This document shows, piece after piece, positions 36,145-46,338 of a stretch of DNA of 64,000 bases. The number at the start of each line of letters is the position of its first letter. The first letter of the stretch is position 1. The position numbers were made by a program, and so were the translations under genes. The stretch lies in IMG/VR virus record IMGVR_UViG_3300018080_000111; one strand, written 5' to 3'. The notes beneath the pieces were generated by a model. That model worked only from the letters and a program-made list of their open reading frames with translations. It was not told the origin of the DNA and made no database searches. Origin of the DNA: a virus (lineage: Duplodnaviria > Heunggongvirae > Uroviricota > Caudoviricetes).

Positions 36145-37203
36145 CTAGAAAAATCTCTTCTGTATTTTTATTCTTCTTGGGGGGGTATTCCGTATATAGT
36201 CGCTCGAGTCCTCAAAGTAGACAATATTGGCACGGACCCTTTCCTCCCAATCTTCTCCTAATTTTTCTTCTGTCCAACCTTTAGATTCGAAGTAGTCGTA
36301 AATTATTGTCACTTCTTCTGGAGATAAATCCTGGGTAAAATGGGGCCTTTGCTTGTCCCCAAATCTGGATTGATTTGAAACCGAAATAACATACGGGGTT
36401 TTGCTATAGTCCGGTGTCTTTCTGTCCTTTTTAAATCGAGGAACCAGAATAGCTCCATATGCTGCATGCTTGACCCACGTGGTTGAATCAACGGAAAAAA
36501 ATCGGTACCTTAACATTAAATCCAAAGAGGTGATTGCAAATCCATGAGTCTTAAATTCCTGCTTGGACTCTTCAAGGAGAGAAAATATTGGATCACCATG
36601 ATGGAGAACAAATCTATTCTTTGTGACATCCTGTCCTAATCCACCAATTCCAATATACTCATATTCATCCATATACTTCTTCAACCATTTGATATCCTCA
36701 CCAAAGTGGTAGACTGGCATAGGTCGGATACCCATAGACTCCAGATACTTCTGGTTCTCCCAGGTTCTCTCTGGATTAAAAATCACATCAATGTTTACAT
36801 ATATATCGAGCTGGTCCTTATATTTGTTCACAAACTCGACATATCTTTCCATGAAGTCCTTTACTTCTTTCGTATCAAAGTAAGAGAAATCTGCTATTGA
36901 TCGGGCATCTCCTTTTCGTTGAACTGAGCCACTTTGCTTCTTGTCCGACTCTTGAATCTTTCCTTCTTCCTCAAGTTTACTCATTCCTAACTTAATAGCG
37001 TTACTGATAAGGGAGTATGCTCCGGAATCTAGTAGGACATGAACTTCTGGATGATCAGTGAGGAGGTTTCCTACTATTCGGTCCTTATAGAAAGTTTCAA
37101 GGGTGAATACTCCTTTTCTTTCCAGGAAAGGGAATCTACCTTGAATACCTTTCTTTGATCCAGTCGTCATTAAGTTTGCTAAGTGGATTCGTTCAACGCT
37201 CAT
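36145..37203 (-). CDS. dpdA: TGT-fold DNA 7-deazaguanine transglycosylase, DpdA-like
   Basis: LLDSGAYS, NIDVI, PVYHFGE, YIGIGG, HGFA, SVDSTTW. Confidence 0.72.
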   Translation of the reverse strand: MSVERIHLANLMTTGSKKGIQGRFPFLERKGVFTLETFYKDRIVGNLLTDHPEVHVLLDSGAYSLISNAIKLGMSKLEEEGKIQESDKKQSGSVQRKGDARSIADFSYFDTKEVKDFMERYVEFVNKYKDQLDIYVNIDVIFNPERTWENQKYLESMGIRPMPVYHFGEDIKWLKKYMDEYEYIGIGGLGQDVTKNRFVLHHGDPIFSLLEESKQEFKTHGFAITSLDLMLRYRFFSVDSTTWVKHAAYGAILVPRFKKDRKTPDYSKTPYVISVSNQSRFGDKQRPHFTQDLSPEEVTIIYDYFESKGWTEEKLGEDWEERVRANIVYFEDSSDYIRNTPPRRIKIQKRFF

Positions 37204-37211
37204 TATCTTAT

Positions 37212-37511
37212 TCAATCCAAATAGGGTCTATCAATTGTTTTCTTTAATTCTTCAACTGAAAGTTTGTTGTTGGAACAATCAAAGTGTCCGCCTACTTCCT
37301 TGAATTTAACGGGTAATTTAGTTAAACCCCTTTCGGATAGATCTACATCTCCACTGGCACTCCAAGTGCCATCTGGATTTTGAGTGCAGACGGACTTGAT
37401 GTAGTCTATCAATCTGGACTTAAGTTCTTCCGGAGAAGCAGGTTGAAAGAGATCTTCAAATTCAGATTTACTGATCTCAGTAAGAATATTTTCGTGATGT
37501 TCAACGCTCAT
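37212..37511 (-). CDS. Short protein with one LRR-like phage repeat
   Basis: GDVDLSERGLTKLP..F..VGGHFDCSNNKL. Confidence 0.55.
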   Translation of the reverse strand: MSVEHHENILTEISKSEFEDLFQPASPEELKSRLIDYIKSVCTQNPDGTWSASGDVDLSERGLTKLPVKFKEVGGHFDCSNNKLSVEELKKTIDRPYLD

Positions 37512-38051
37512 TTATTCCGTTCCATTTAAAGCATTAATAAGATCGGTTGCTTCCGCCTGAATACTTCCCAATTCCGAAATTATTGCCGTCGATTGAGAAA
37601 TTTCTAAATCCGAATTTCTTCTAACCAAAGGAATTGTAGTAGTAATAAATCTTTTTAATAGATCCAAAGTTCTGATGTGCATGATCCTTGTATTTCTTCT
37701 TTCTTGTTCATAAAACGATTCTTCGGTTCTATCGGTTCTATTTGTGCCCAAAGAAAAACTTTTCTGTATTAAAACAGATTGGGGATGGTTTTCACGTATC
37801 TGAACTAAATCTTCTGAAAAATAGTTTATGGGAACCTCTTCTCCTCGTAAGGTATAATGTTTTCGAAGAGTTTTTGCTGATCTTTTATCCCCTGGGGATA
37901 GTCCAGTGATAAAACGATCTAAAAGCTCAAATTTCAGTTTATAAGAACCATCAGATTGTTTTTGTTTCTTATAGCGACGAACCTCAGCTTTTCCATCACT
38001 CCCTTTATGATATCGGAAAGCCGGAGAGGCAGTAATTACTTTTTGATACAA
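37512..38051 (-). CDS. Hypothetical protein (start uncertain)
   Basis: 179-aa ORF; frame is open further upstream. Confidence 0.45.
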   Translation of the reverse strand: MYQKVITASPAFRYHKGSDGKAEVRRYKKQKQSDGSYKLKFELLDRFITGLSPGDKRSAKTLRKHYTLRGEEVPINYFSEDLVQIRENHPQSVLIQKSFSLGTNRTDRTEESFYEQERRNTRIMHIRTLDLLKRFITTTIPLVRRNSDLEISQSTAIISELGSIQAEATDLINALNGTE

Positions 38052-38323
38052 TTCTTCCCCATCAAGATAAATAAGGTATTTTTCCTCATCTCTTCCTTTT
38101 GGGATTAAAATCGGACTTGCACATAACGTTATCTGTGATCAGACCCAAAATATTCTCAATGAGTTCGGGGGTTCCCTCCACATGAAAGGAAACTGAAATT
38201 GGTTTTCCTTCTTTATTGAATTTGTCGAATTCTACTTTTAGATTATTCATTTTTCTTTTCCTATCACAACCATGAAAGATTTAATATAGATTCGTTTTAT
38301 CAATTTGAATTTGTATTCTATTC

Positions 38324-38905
38324 TTATCCAAAACGGAGGAGGGTAGAAGTGGATTTATATTTGCCTTCTCTCTGAATTAATAGAAAGTCGGGAGATAGCC
38401 TCATTTCGATATGGCTCATATTTATCCTTTTTGTCCCTTTAGGATCTTCTTCAGAAGAAATTTCCACCCACCCTTCCCCTAGATTGCATCTTCTAATTAA
38501 ATAACAGTTGTATAGTTTCTCCTCAAAATATTCTCCCGCAGAAAAGAAATCCTCGGTGGGCATCCCCATAATTCTATTGCTTCCCACAATAATGTAGTAT
38601 GGGGACTCGCCGATATTTTCTGCATCCATTCCCATACCGCTATAGCAGAACCACCACTTTTTCCTTTGATTGGGAAGAGCAAATTGGATATTATTACTCT
38701 CTTGCCAGGTGGTTGAAAATAATTTTTCCTTTAATTGTTCCTCAGATAAAGATTCGAAATCAATTTCTTCTGTCTGATCGAAATCTGAGGAGTACTTAAT
38801 AATACCTTTTTCGGACTGGATATCTGCTTCTGCTCCCCTCCCAAGTATTGGTGATATTCCTAAGCCTACCAGAGCAGTCTTTATTAAAGTTCTTCTATTA
38901 ATCAT
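38324..38905 (-). CDS. Protein with twin-arginine (Tat) signal peptide
   Basis: MINRRTLIKTALVGLGISPILGRGAEA. Confidence 0.65.
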   Translation of the reverse strand: MINRRTLIKTALVGLGISPILGRGAEADIQSEKGIIKYSSDFDQTEEIDFESLSEEQLKEKLFSTTWQESNNIQFALPNQRKKWWFCYSGMGMDAENIGESPYYIIVGSNRIMGMPTEDFFSAGEYFEEKLYNCYLIRRCNLGEGWVEISSEEDPKGTKRINMSHIEMRLSPDFLLIQREGKYKSTSTLLRFG

Positions 38906-39263
38906 TTTTCTTCTCCATTTTTATTTTATAGATTTTAGCACATCTCTTCTTCAAATCCTCATTATAGTCTTCTATTGCTTTCTTTGTATCTTCTGGAATA
39001 CAATCAGGACAGAGACTTTCTATCCACATGAAAGGAGTCTGAAATTGGTTTTCCTTCCTCATCTAAAAGTTCCGGACTCGAACAACTCATTAGCCCTTTC
39101 ATTTTCTCTTTTGTTTTTTCTTTTTAACTCTTCTATGTCCTTTAGGATTGTTTGGGCCCCAAATCGGATTTTTCTTGATTCCGCAAGAAGCTTCCGACCT
39201 TCCTCGTTTAATTTTCTTCCTTTTTCATATAATTCTTTAGATTTCTTTTCATTCTCTGTCATC

Positions 39264-39911
39264 TTATTCCCCTTCGGATAATTTCTGAAATATTCGGTCC
39301 TTTTCCAGGCAATTGGAACAACGACCACATTCGTCTCGTCCTCCCTGAAAACAACTCCAAGTATCCTTATACAGAATATTATACTGTAGAAGCTCTTTAT
39401 ATACCTCTTCTTTTGTCATTGTTTCTTTTCGGCCTTCGGCCAGGATAGGAACAACTTGAACTCTCCTTTTGTTCTCTGAGGCGTAATACCAGATGGATTC
39501 CATCATCTTAGCAAAGGGAATGGTGCTATCATAGTAGCTATGTTCTTCAGATAGGATCTTTGAATGGCCCTTGCTTCCAGTAACTACAATATCGGCTTCA
39601 ATTGATTCGGCGTAAGCTATTGTGCAACTTAGGAGGGCCAGATTTCGGACGGGGGTATAGACATCATTATCTTCGCTCTCACCATCAATCATACCACCCC
39701 CAGACCAGATCTTACCAAGAGTAATCATGTGAAGCCCAAGGAAGTCCAGTTTTCTGGCCAGATCAAAGGCGGTTTTCTTTTCCTGATCTGCACAGATTTG
39801 GCCATAGTCGATAAAGACGGGGTAGTATTCTGCGTCTGGCCATCTTTCTTTCATTTTTAAGGCGGCCAAGGTGCTATCTGCTCCACCGCTAAGAGTTATG
39901 ACAATTTTCAT
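39264..39911 (-). CDS. queC: 7-cyano-7-deazaguanine synthase
   Basis: LSGGADST, DYGQ, YTPVRNL, TWSCFQG..ECGRCSNC. Confidence 0.9.
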   Translation of the reverse strand: MKIVITLSGGADSTLAALKMKERWPDAEYYPVFIDYGQICADQEKKTAFDLARKLDFLGLHMITLGKIWSGGGMIDGESEDNDVYTPVRNLALLSCTIAYAESIEADIVVTGSKGHSKILSEEHSYYDSTIPFAKMMESIWYYASENKRRVQVVPILAEGRKETMTKEEVYKELLQYNILYKDTWSCFQGGRDECGRCSNCLEKDRIFQKLSEGE

Positions 39912-39914
39912 TTT

Positions 39915-40403
39915 CTACCCCACTAACTCAAAATGCTCATCTAAACATGTCTGGCAAATATCCACGAATTCCATGAGATCATTATCAATAAATAAGTAGT
40001 ACTTCTTCCCTTGGGAATATCTATCATCCTCCCCGGCGAACCCAATAGTCCGAATTTCCCCAAATGAAATTTCCTTTCCAGGGATATTGAGCTCTTTAAT
40101 GCAGCGATACTTCTTGGAGGAATTAATAGCATTCTCATACTGTTCCGCCTCGGAAGCTTCTCTTGCTTCTTCCTGCATAATATGTATGGAAACCTCTCTA
40201 TAGCGAATCATCGCCTCTTGGAAAATACCTAAGGCCTCATAATGGCTTCCAGATCCCCAAACAACCGTTTCGAAGATAAGATCTTCTGCCGTAACAGATT
40301 TCAGATCATCTGGAACCTGTTCAAAGAAGTCCTTAATCCTCTGTATTTCTGATTGGATTTCTTCTGGAGTCAAAGATTTTTTAAATTCTGGCTCAATATT
40401 CAT
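39915..40403 (-). CDS. Hypothetical protein
   Basis: 162-aa ORF coupled to neighbour. Confidence 0.55.
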   Translation of the reverse strand: MNIEPEFKKSLTPEEIQSEIQRIKDFFEQVPDDLKSVTAEDLIFETVVWGSGSHYEALGIFQEAMIRYREVSIHIMQEEAREASEAEQYENAINSSKKYRCIKELNIPGKEISFGEIRTIGFAGEDDRYSQGKKYYLFIDNDLMEFVDICQTCLDEHFELVG

Positions 40404-41353
40404 GATACTTTTCCTTCCAGCACTTCTCGTACGAAGTGATAATACTTCGGGTCTCGGTAATTAAAGGCACTAACCTGGAAATGATCCGTCATATATGCTG
40501 GGTTCCAATACACTTCTGCATTAAACTTTCGGAATTTTTGAACCCAGTAATCCGGATCCTTAACTTGGATAGTAAGGACTGGACAGACCGTTTCACCAAT
40601 AAATTGGATCTTATCTGAATGGACGGCCCGGCAATTTTCCTCTATTTGTTCTCTACTAATGACATTATTTAGAGCGGAGTTCAGACTCCATAGTTGGGGG
40701 ATTAAAGAGGTGTGGGGAGTTTCATTCTTCTTTGCATATTTGATATATTTAAGAATATTCAAATAGTCTCCGTGATCCTCAAATCGTGACAGAGCCTCTT
40801 TGTCGTATAAGATGATACCCATTGCCGGAAGTCCACCTAGAATTTTGGAGGAGGACGCAATAATCACATTTGCTGAGTCTGGAAGAGGATAGAAACCAAA
40901 TCCACTGACACAATCCACAATGAGAAGATTACCAGGATACTCCTTTTTGATCTCTTCATCGATTCTAAATTCCGGGCTATAATATCTACTTTCAGAGGTT
41001 TCAAATTGGGTATAGTAATGATAACCTCTATTTGTTCCCGGTTTCCCACCGTAGAATTTGGACATCTCAATAGATCTTTGGGTAAAGGTTCCCGTAGAAT
41101 GCCATCTGGGGAAACCTTTTACACAACTAAGTATAGTTTCTATTGCGCTAGTCCCGCTCCCTTGTGTAAATATGATTTCGTACTTGTCCGGGATTTTGAA
41201 TTTGTCCCTCAATTTTTTTATTGTACCTGAATACAGATTCCTAAATTCAGGACTTCGATGACTGAAATCTATATTCAATTCAATATGTTGAGGAATGGGC
41301 CCAGGACTATATAACTTCGAAGCCTGTAAAATGTCCTTTGGGATCGTTGTCAT
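40400..41353 (-). CDS. PLP-dependent aminotransferase, class V
   Basis: YSPGP, SHRSPEF, GSGTSAIE, LIVDCVSG, SSSK (PLP lysine), PHTS. Confidence 0.82.
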   Translation of the reverse strand: MTTIPKDILQASKLYSPGPIPQHIELNIDFSHRSPEFRNLYSGTIKKLRDKFKIPDKYEIIFTQGSGTSAIETILSCVKGFPRWHSTGTFTQRSIEMSKFYGGKPGTNRGYHYYTQFETSESRYYSPEFRIDEEIKKEYPGNLLIVDCVSGFGFYPLPDSANVIIASSSKILGGLPAMGIILYDKEALSRFEDHGDYLNILKYIKYAKKNETPHTSLIPQLWSLNSALNNVISREQIEENCRAVHSDKIQFIGETVCPVLTIQVKDPDYWVQKFRKFNAEVYWNPAYMTDHFQVSAFNYRDPKYYHFVREVLEGKVS

Positions 41354-41365
41354 TAGGCCTCCTAT

Positions 41366-43258
41366 TTACTGCAAAAGATTAATTATACTATCTTTGCTTA
41401 AACCATTCGGTGAAAGATCAATATCAACTTTTCCATCCTCCGGGGGAACATCAACTACAATGGCACCTGCTTGAATTAATGTACTTTTCAGATCCAATCT
41501 GGATAGTAGATCGTTCTTTAGATATTCTGTCATTTTTCCAGATGATTCTCCTGAGCCAGAAACATTTGAAGTCCCATACGAAATATTGGAAAAATAGAAA
41601 CGATTGTATCCATCCATATTTGTAATCAATCCCAAAACAGATTGTGACTGGCTCATTTCTATATTTGCTGAAAGAAGAATATTATTGGGATCTACCATGT
41701 AGTTATGTTCAAAATTTCTCCTTGTGGCTCTTTCTTTTGCTACCAATATTTTTGTGGGAACGGGATCACCATTAGTAAAAGTATAATTATAATAGTTTAC
41801 TAACATCAAAACGGGCTCTGAAATATCCTTCTTCAGGTAAAATAATTCGGAAGCTCCATTTGGTTTTGGTGCATCTGCCATATCTCCAGAGAAGAGCACA
41901 TTACCCATTTCATTTCGATAATTAGAATTCCACCCGATTTTCCCCATTCCTGCAGAGATTATGGAAAGATCTAAATCAATTCGATGTCCTTTAGTATTGA
42001 ACCAATGAATTCCTACAATCATATCCTCATCTACTGATATACTACTTCCAGTAGGAAGAAATCCGGTGAATTGTTTTTCAGTTGCCGGGAGTGTATAATG
42101 AATTCCCTTGGGAATAAGAATGGTCTTTCCTTCCACATTCTTTTTAATATCCTGAACAATTGATCGAATTACTATATTAAGTACTCCTTGGGTTTCTTCT
42201 CTTTTATCCTCCGGCCAATTAAAATCGTCAATCCATCCTCTACCATTCCGGATCCGGTAAACTATTGATTTACTTCCTTGTAATCGGAATTTTAGAGCCT
42301 GTGCCAACCGTATCTTTCTGAAAATAGTGGCTCTTTGAAGCTTCCGGAATAAAGGTTGATCCTTTGCCAATTGATCCCTTTTAATGGATGCGGTTATATT
42401 ATTTAAGTAATCCGGAAGGAGAGGACGATGGATCTTCCTTGCACTCCTTCGTAGCCGGTTGAAGAATCTCTTATTTCCTGAAATTGATTTCATGGCCAGA
42501 AAAGGTGGTTTATATCTATAGAAAATTGATGCCAGATTCCAAGGAACTAAAGTTAATAGATTGTCCAGATGGTAACCGTCAGATTGTTTGATCTTTTCAA
42601 TCAGACTTTCGTTCTTAATTACTAAAGATTCTCCAGTCAATTTGTGAATTAGATATCTCAAATACTCTTCCGGATCAGTGGGAGCAATATGGTAGTAATC
42701 ATATAGCCTTATCTTCAATTCTCGATTTTTGATTCTGTGGACAAAAGCAGAACCAAATTCATTAAATCGGATAATTTCCATAATATCCGTTAGGGTATTT
42801 TCATGCAGGGCTATCCCTTGGCCGAGTTGAGTGATCCTATTAAGGATCTCCTTTCGGGATATTCCTTTAATTACTACCAGAGGTAGATCTTCGTTCATAT
42901 TGGGAAGATCAAGTTCCTCCCTTGGAATATAGACTATCTCTTCTTGATAAATTCCTAACCGTTCGAACCCGTAGGTGGTCAAATAATGTATTGCGGCTTG
43001 TATCCAAAGAGCTTCTTGGGGGGTATCCCGGATAACCCTCCAGGATTTGTGAAAAGAGGAATTGGCCTTTTCCCCGGATATTCCAACAATTCCCTCAATT
43101 TCGTCCAGAAGATCTTCGGTTACCTTAATATGTGGATCGACGACATATCCATTTTGAAGCATCCTTCCGTAGAACTTTTCGTGGTCCCCATTCTCTGAGA
43201 TCCTTTCTCCTACCTGAATTGCATTAAAAAGACGTAGAGTTGCTTGGTTCGCATTCAT
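41366..43258 (-). CDS. Large protein with TROVE-like helical region and C-terminal TerD-like domain
   Basis: SFHKSW...IHYLTTYG; LASIFYRYKP; C-terminal GIHW...IDLDLS...KIGWNS...FSGDM.DAP..GASE; start set at MNANQ after GGAG. Confidence 0.65.
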   Translation of the reverse strand: MNANQATLRLFNAIQVGERISENGDHEKFYGRMLQNGYVVDPHIKVTEDLLDEIEGIVGISGEKANSSFHKSWRVIRDTPQEALWIQAAIHYLTTYGFERLGIYQEEIVYIPREELDLPNMNEDLPLVVIKGISRKEILNRITQLGQGIALHENTLTDIMEIIRFNEFGSAFVHRIKNRELKIRLYDYYHIAPTDPEEYLRYLIHKLTGESLVIKNESLIEKIKQSDGYHLDNLLTLVPWNLASIFYRYKPPFLAMKSISGNKRFFNRLRRSARKIHRPLLPDYLNNITASIKRDQLAKDQPLFRKLQRATIFRKIRLAQALKFRLQGSKSIVYRIRNGRGWIDDFNWPEDKREETQGVLNIVIRSIVQDIKKNVEGKTILIPKGIHYTLPATEKQFTGFLPTGSSISVDEDMIVGIHWFNTKGHRIDLDLSIISAGMGKIGWNSNYRNEMGNVLFSGDMADAPKPNGASELFYLKKDISEPVLMLVNYYNYTFTNGDPVPTKILVAKERATRRNFEHNYMVDPNNILLSANIEMSQSQSVLGLITNMDGYNRFYFSNISYGTSNVSGSGESSGKMTEYLKNDLLSRLDLKSTLIQAGAIVVDVPPEDGKVDIDLSPNGLSKDSIINLLQ

Positions 43259-43274
43259 CTTTTGCTCCAAAAAG

Positions 43275-43410
43275 GGGCGGAAGGTAATTCATCCAATATG
43301 ATTTGTAAGGAACCTTCTTTGCCCGTTTATATTTAATTAGGCGGGAAGTATATTTGGCAAGAGCCGTTTCCGGCTCTCAAGTAGTCATTTGTAAGGAACC
43401 TCCTATGCCC
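43275..43410 (-). ncRNA. Two tandem stem-loop units upstream of the TROVE/TerD gene
   Basis: Both read GGGC-AWA-GRAGGT-TCCTTACAAAT...ACYTYC-C-GCCY with covarying stem pairs; one unit has an extra GAGAGCCG-GAAA-CGGCTCTT hairpin. Confidence 0.55.
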
Positions 43411-43442
43411 AGTAATCAAATCCTATTTCCGCTGGCTTGCAC

Positions 43443-44108
43443 TTACTCAACCACTTCTGCCGTCTGATCTTGTTCGGTTTCTACTGCTTCGGTTTCCGCC
43501 TCTTCTACCGTCTCTGCAGGATTGGAACCTTCCTGTGTCATCTCAGTTCCTTCCGCCGTCTCTGCGGAGGTTTCTTTCTTCTCCTCCACTCTTTCCGGTG
43601 TCTCTGTCGTCTCCACCTTCTTGTTCTTCCTGGACTTCTTGATACCCTCATCCACAGACAGGTTCATCTTCTTCAGAACAGACACAAGGACTACACGTGC
43701 CCGACTCTTTGAATACTTCTCATCCTTTCCCAAATCCTTGTAGCTTTGAATAAGGGAATCCAGAACTTCCTGTTGAGTCTTTCCGGACTCTAACATCTCC
43801 TTTGCAACTTTACGAATGTTTCCGGCCTTTTTTGCCATTTTTGATCCTCCCGTGTCCACTTTTATGGACGTCACTTCTGTTTTTTGTTTTTGTTCATATG
43901 CTGCTGAAAATTCTACCTCGTCCGATATATTATACTGCACATCAAGGAGTTGTGCTATCCTTTTTCCGGAAAAAATTGCCTCTGTTGCAGAAGAAAATGG
44001 AAAAGCCAGGTAATCATTTCCACTACTGACCAGATATACTCCAAATTCATCCGAAATTGTTTTCTTGACTTTTATTCCGTCTAAGGGATCACCAGTATAA
44101 ATATTCAT
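43443..44108 (-). CDS. Hypothetical protein with acidic Glu/Thr-rich tail
   Basis: 221-aa ORF. Confidence 0.55.
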   Translation of the reverse strand: MNIYTGDPLDGIKVKKTISDEFGVYLVSSGNDYLAFPFSSATEAIFSGKRIAQLLDVQYNISDEVEFSAAYEQKQKTEVTSIKVDTGGSKMAKKAGNIRKVAKEMLESGKTQQEVLDSLIQSYKDLGKDEKYSKSRARVVLVSVLKKMNLSVDEGIKKSRKNKKVETTETPERVEEKKETSAETAEGTEMTQEGSNPAETVEEAETEAVETEQDQTAEVVE

Positions 44109-44111
44109 AGT

Positions 44112-44429
44112 TTACCTCTTTGTTCGGGTTTTTAATTTTCTCCACTCTCTTTGGCTTCCCGAGTTCGGGATGGGACGGGGAATTAATGGACCACCCTCTT
44201 GGTCCTTCATATATTCGAAACGGCAACCATATCCAGAGTAGGTCAACATTTGTTGGATTCTGTCAGAACCCCACCCAATATCGGAAAGTTTTTTGATGAA
44301 AGATCGGACCTCTTCCTGATATCCATCATCACCCAAAAGATCGGAGACATTATGTAGGTCCCGAAAATGTTGGATGACACTTCTTTCATCCGTCAAATCG
44401 GGTGTACATGCATCGGAAACCGCTTTCAT
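44112..44429 (-). CDS. Hypothetical protein
   Basis: GGAGGTG SD. Confidence 0.55.
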   Translation of the reverse strand: MKAVSDACTPDLTDERSVIQHFRDLHNVSDLLGDDGYQEEVRSFIKKLSDIGWGSDRIQQMLTYSGYGCRFEYMKDQEGGPLIPRPIPNSGSQREWRKLKTRTKR

Positions 44430-44442
44430 CTGATTACACCTC

Positions 44443-44742
44443 CTATTTCTTTTTAAGTGTTTTCTGGCACCTTATACAAATTTGGATATCCTTTTTCCCA
44501 TTCCAAAAGGGGTATAATTTCGTGGTATATATGCCACATGTCATACATTTCTTGTCCCGAACCTCACAAGGAAGTCCTAGAATCTTTCCCAGATCTTTTG
44601 CTTTTTGAGTCACCTCCTCCAAATCTGGATCAATGAGTAGTGGACCAATTGGGATACCTTCCTCATTTACTCTCCAGATTCCCCAGGTTCCCTCTTCAAG
44701 AGGGCGGACTAACATCCTGGTTGTTCCTATTGGCTTTGACAT
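44443..44742 (-). CDS. Hypothetical Zn-finger protein
   Basis: CMTC...CIRC; GGAGG SD. Confidence 0.55.
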   Translation of the reverse strand: MSKPIGTTRMLVRPLEEGTWGIWRVNEEGIPIGPLLIDPDLEEVTQKAKDLGKILGLPCEVRDKKCMTCGIYTTKLYPFWNGKKDIQICIRCQKTLKKK

Positions 44743-44773
44743 TTAATCCTCCACCGGATCGATGGTCTAAAAG

Positions 44774-44923
44774 TTAATCTTTGACGATATTCTTTGCGCC
44801 GCACACTGGGCAGCAATCTACTTCGTCCCATCCCAGAAAACCACTGCCGCAGTTGCCACAGACATAATCCTCATCTATATGCCCTGTATTATCAATTTTT
44901 ACAACATCTACTGTTTTTAACAT
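44774..44923 (-). CDS. Small Zn-ribbon protein (49 aa, absent from the ORF track)
   Basis: MLKTVDVVKIDNTGHIDEDYVCGNCGSGFLGWDEVDCCPVCGAKNIVKD. Confidence 0.6.
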   Translation of the reverse strand: MLKTVDVVKIDNTGHIDEDYVCGNCGSGFLGWDEVDCCPVCGAKNIVKD

Positions 44924-44970
44924 TTTCAACCCCGTAAAATATTAACTTTTGAACCTTACCTTATATATAA

Positions 44971-44998
44971 ATTATAGGATATTTTAGGGAAAAGGCAA
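44971..44998 (-). promoter_or_regulatory. Sigma70-like promoter
   Basis: TTGCCT-N16-TATAAT followed by TTATATATAAG, the same class as at 6.2 and 6.4 kb. Confidence 0.6.
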
Positions 44999-45074
44999 GA
45001 AGAAAATTAGAAAATTTTGATATTTTAGGGCCTATAATATACTTGATTTTGATGTGAAATAAACGGAATTGGTA

Positions 45075-45794
45075 CTATTTTTCTTCAGTGGTCCCTGGCC
45101 ACATAATTTTATGATTTTGTAACGAGAAGGAATTGACATACCCATCTTGCATTGTCCGGTCCAATAACTTTCTGGGCCATTCCAAATCAACGGCTGGAAG
45201 AATACCAACATACTCTTCTTCGGATTCAACAGTTGGATGTATAATCTGTATAGCTGGGCTAACTGCTGTCTTTGCTTTCCATTGAGGATTAGATTGTACA
45301 AGTTCAACCATTTGATCATAGTCGTCCCAATCGGAAACCACAAATTTGATCACATCTTCTTCTCTCAAGGAATCAAAGGCAGCGGGATTCATCTTATCCG
45401 ACATACCGGACGAATGCAACTTGAAGTCCACTATATATCGTACTCTTGTCCAAAAAAGAGAAGGAACCATTGATCCATTCGTTTCGACAGAAATAGTATA
45501 TTCAATTCCTTTTGAAAATAGAAGTTGGATGATAAGTGCTTCCAGTCCTTTTTGTTGTTCTAAGGGTTCTCCCCCAGTAATTGTTATTTTAGGGAATCGA
45601 ACTTCATTAATTATTTCTTGGATTGTCATCCAATTATAGGGTTGGAATTCTTGGGAATATTCTGTGTCGCAATATGCACATTGCAAATTACATCCTTTCA
45701 GACGTATAAAAGTTGAGAATTGTCCCGCCCCAAGAAAACCATTAATCTCCCCGTCTATACTATGGAAGATAGATTGTACGTTTAGTTTAGTCAT
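45075..45794 (-). CDS. queE: 7-carboxy-7-deazaguanine synthase (radical SAM)
   Basis: IFHSIDGE, FIRLKGCNLQCAYCDT, TGGEPL, ETNGS, VDFKL, LQNHK. Confidence 0.9.
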   Translation of the reverse strand: MTKLNVQSIFHSIDGEINGFLGAGQFSTFIRLKGCNLQCAYCDTEYSQEFQPYNWMTIQEIINEVRFPKITITGGEPLEQQKGLEALIIQLLFSKGIEYTISVETNGSMVPSLFWTRVRYIVDFKLHSSGMSDKMNPAAFDSLREEDVIKFVVSDWDDYDQMVELVQSNPQWKAKTAVSPAIQIIHPTVESEEEYVGILPAVDLEWPRKLLDRTMQDGYVNSFSLQNHKIMWPGTTEEK

Positions 45795-46108
45795 TACTCA
45801 TCCTCCACAAAATCCAATTCACTAACTGGACCATTTTCGGATCTCTTCCTATCCTCATATGGGGCAATCACAGTTCGGTAGAGTTCTTGTTTGATACATT
45901 CTAGGACCCCAATAACATCGTTGCAAGTATGGTAGCGAAGGCCTCTTTTCTTAATTACTTCATGACACAATCTGGAAATGATGTAGTTAAGATGCCCTTT
46001 CCAATCATTTCTATCGAATTCAGAAATCCCAAACAAAAAAATCTGATCTATAATATTCTCGATTAGATTATCATAGAATTCTCGTTCTTCTGGTTTTATA
46101 TATGGCAT
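45794..46108 (-). CDS. Conserved small phage protein (DUF6899-like)
   Basis: MPYIK...GHLNY.IS...GVLECIKQELYR...PYED.K...NG. Confidence 0.65.
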   Translation of the reverse strand: MPYIKPEEREFYDNLIENIIDQIFLFGISEFDRNDWKGHLNYIISRLCHEVIKKRGLRYHTCNDVIGVLECIKQELYRTVIAPYEDRKRSENGPVSELDFVEDE

Positions 46109-46338
46109 TATCTTCCTCCTCTGTAAGCTTTATATAAATCTTCTTTCCCCAACTCCTTAAAATAATCTTTTAGGGTCTTTCCTTCCCGAATTTTTCTAAA
46201 CATCCCAACTTTTGTGTCATCAAAATCTGCTATTGCTGCATCCTCAAGATACGAAATCCATTCCCACAATCTACGTTCTTCAAGTGTCATTTTACCAACC
46301 CTTTTGTCAATTGTTGGATTTTTACCAAATTTTTCCAT
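46108..46338 (-). CDS. Hypothetical protein
   Basis: Coupled ORF. Confidence 0.45.
   Translation of the reverse strand: MEKFGKNPTIDKRVGKMTLEERRLWEWISYLEDAAIADFDDTKVGMFRKIREGKTLKDYFKELGKEDLYKAYRGGR

Noticed and set aside
38060-38250. Programmed frameshift joining the 54-aa ORF (38086-38250) to ORF 37512-38051
   Set aside because: The CCCAAAA run is not in the phase needed for a -1 shift, and no stimulatory structure is evident.
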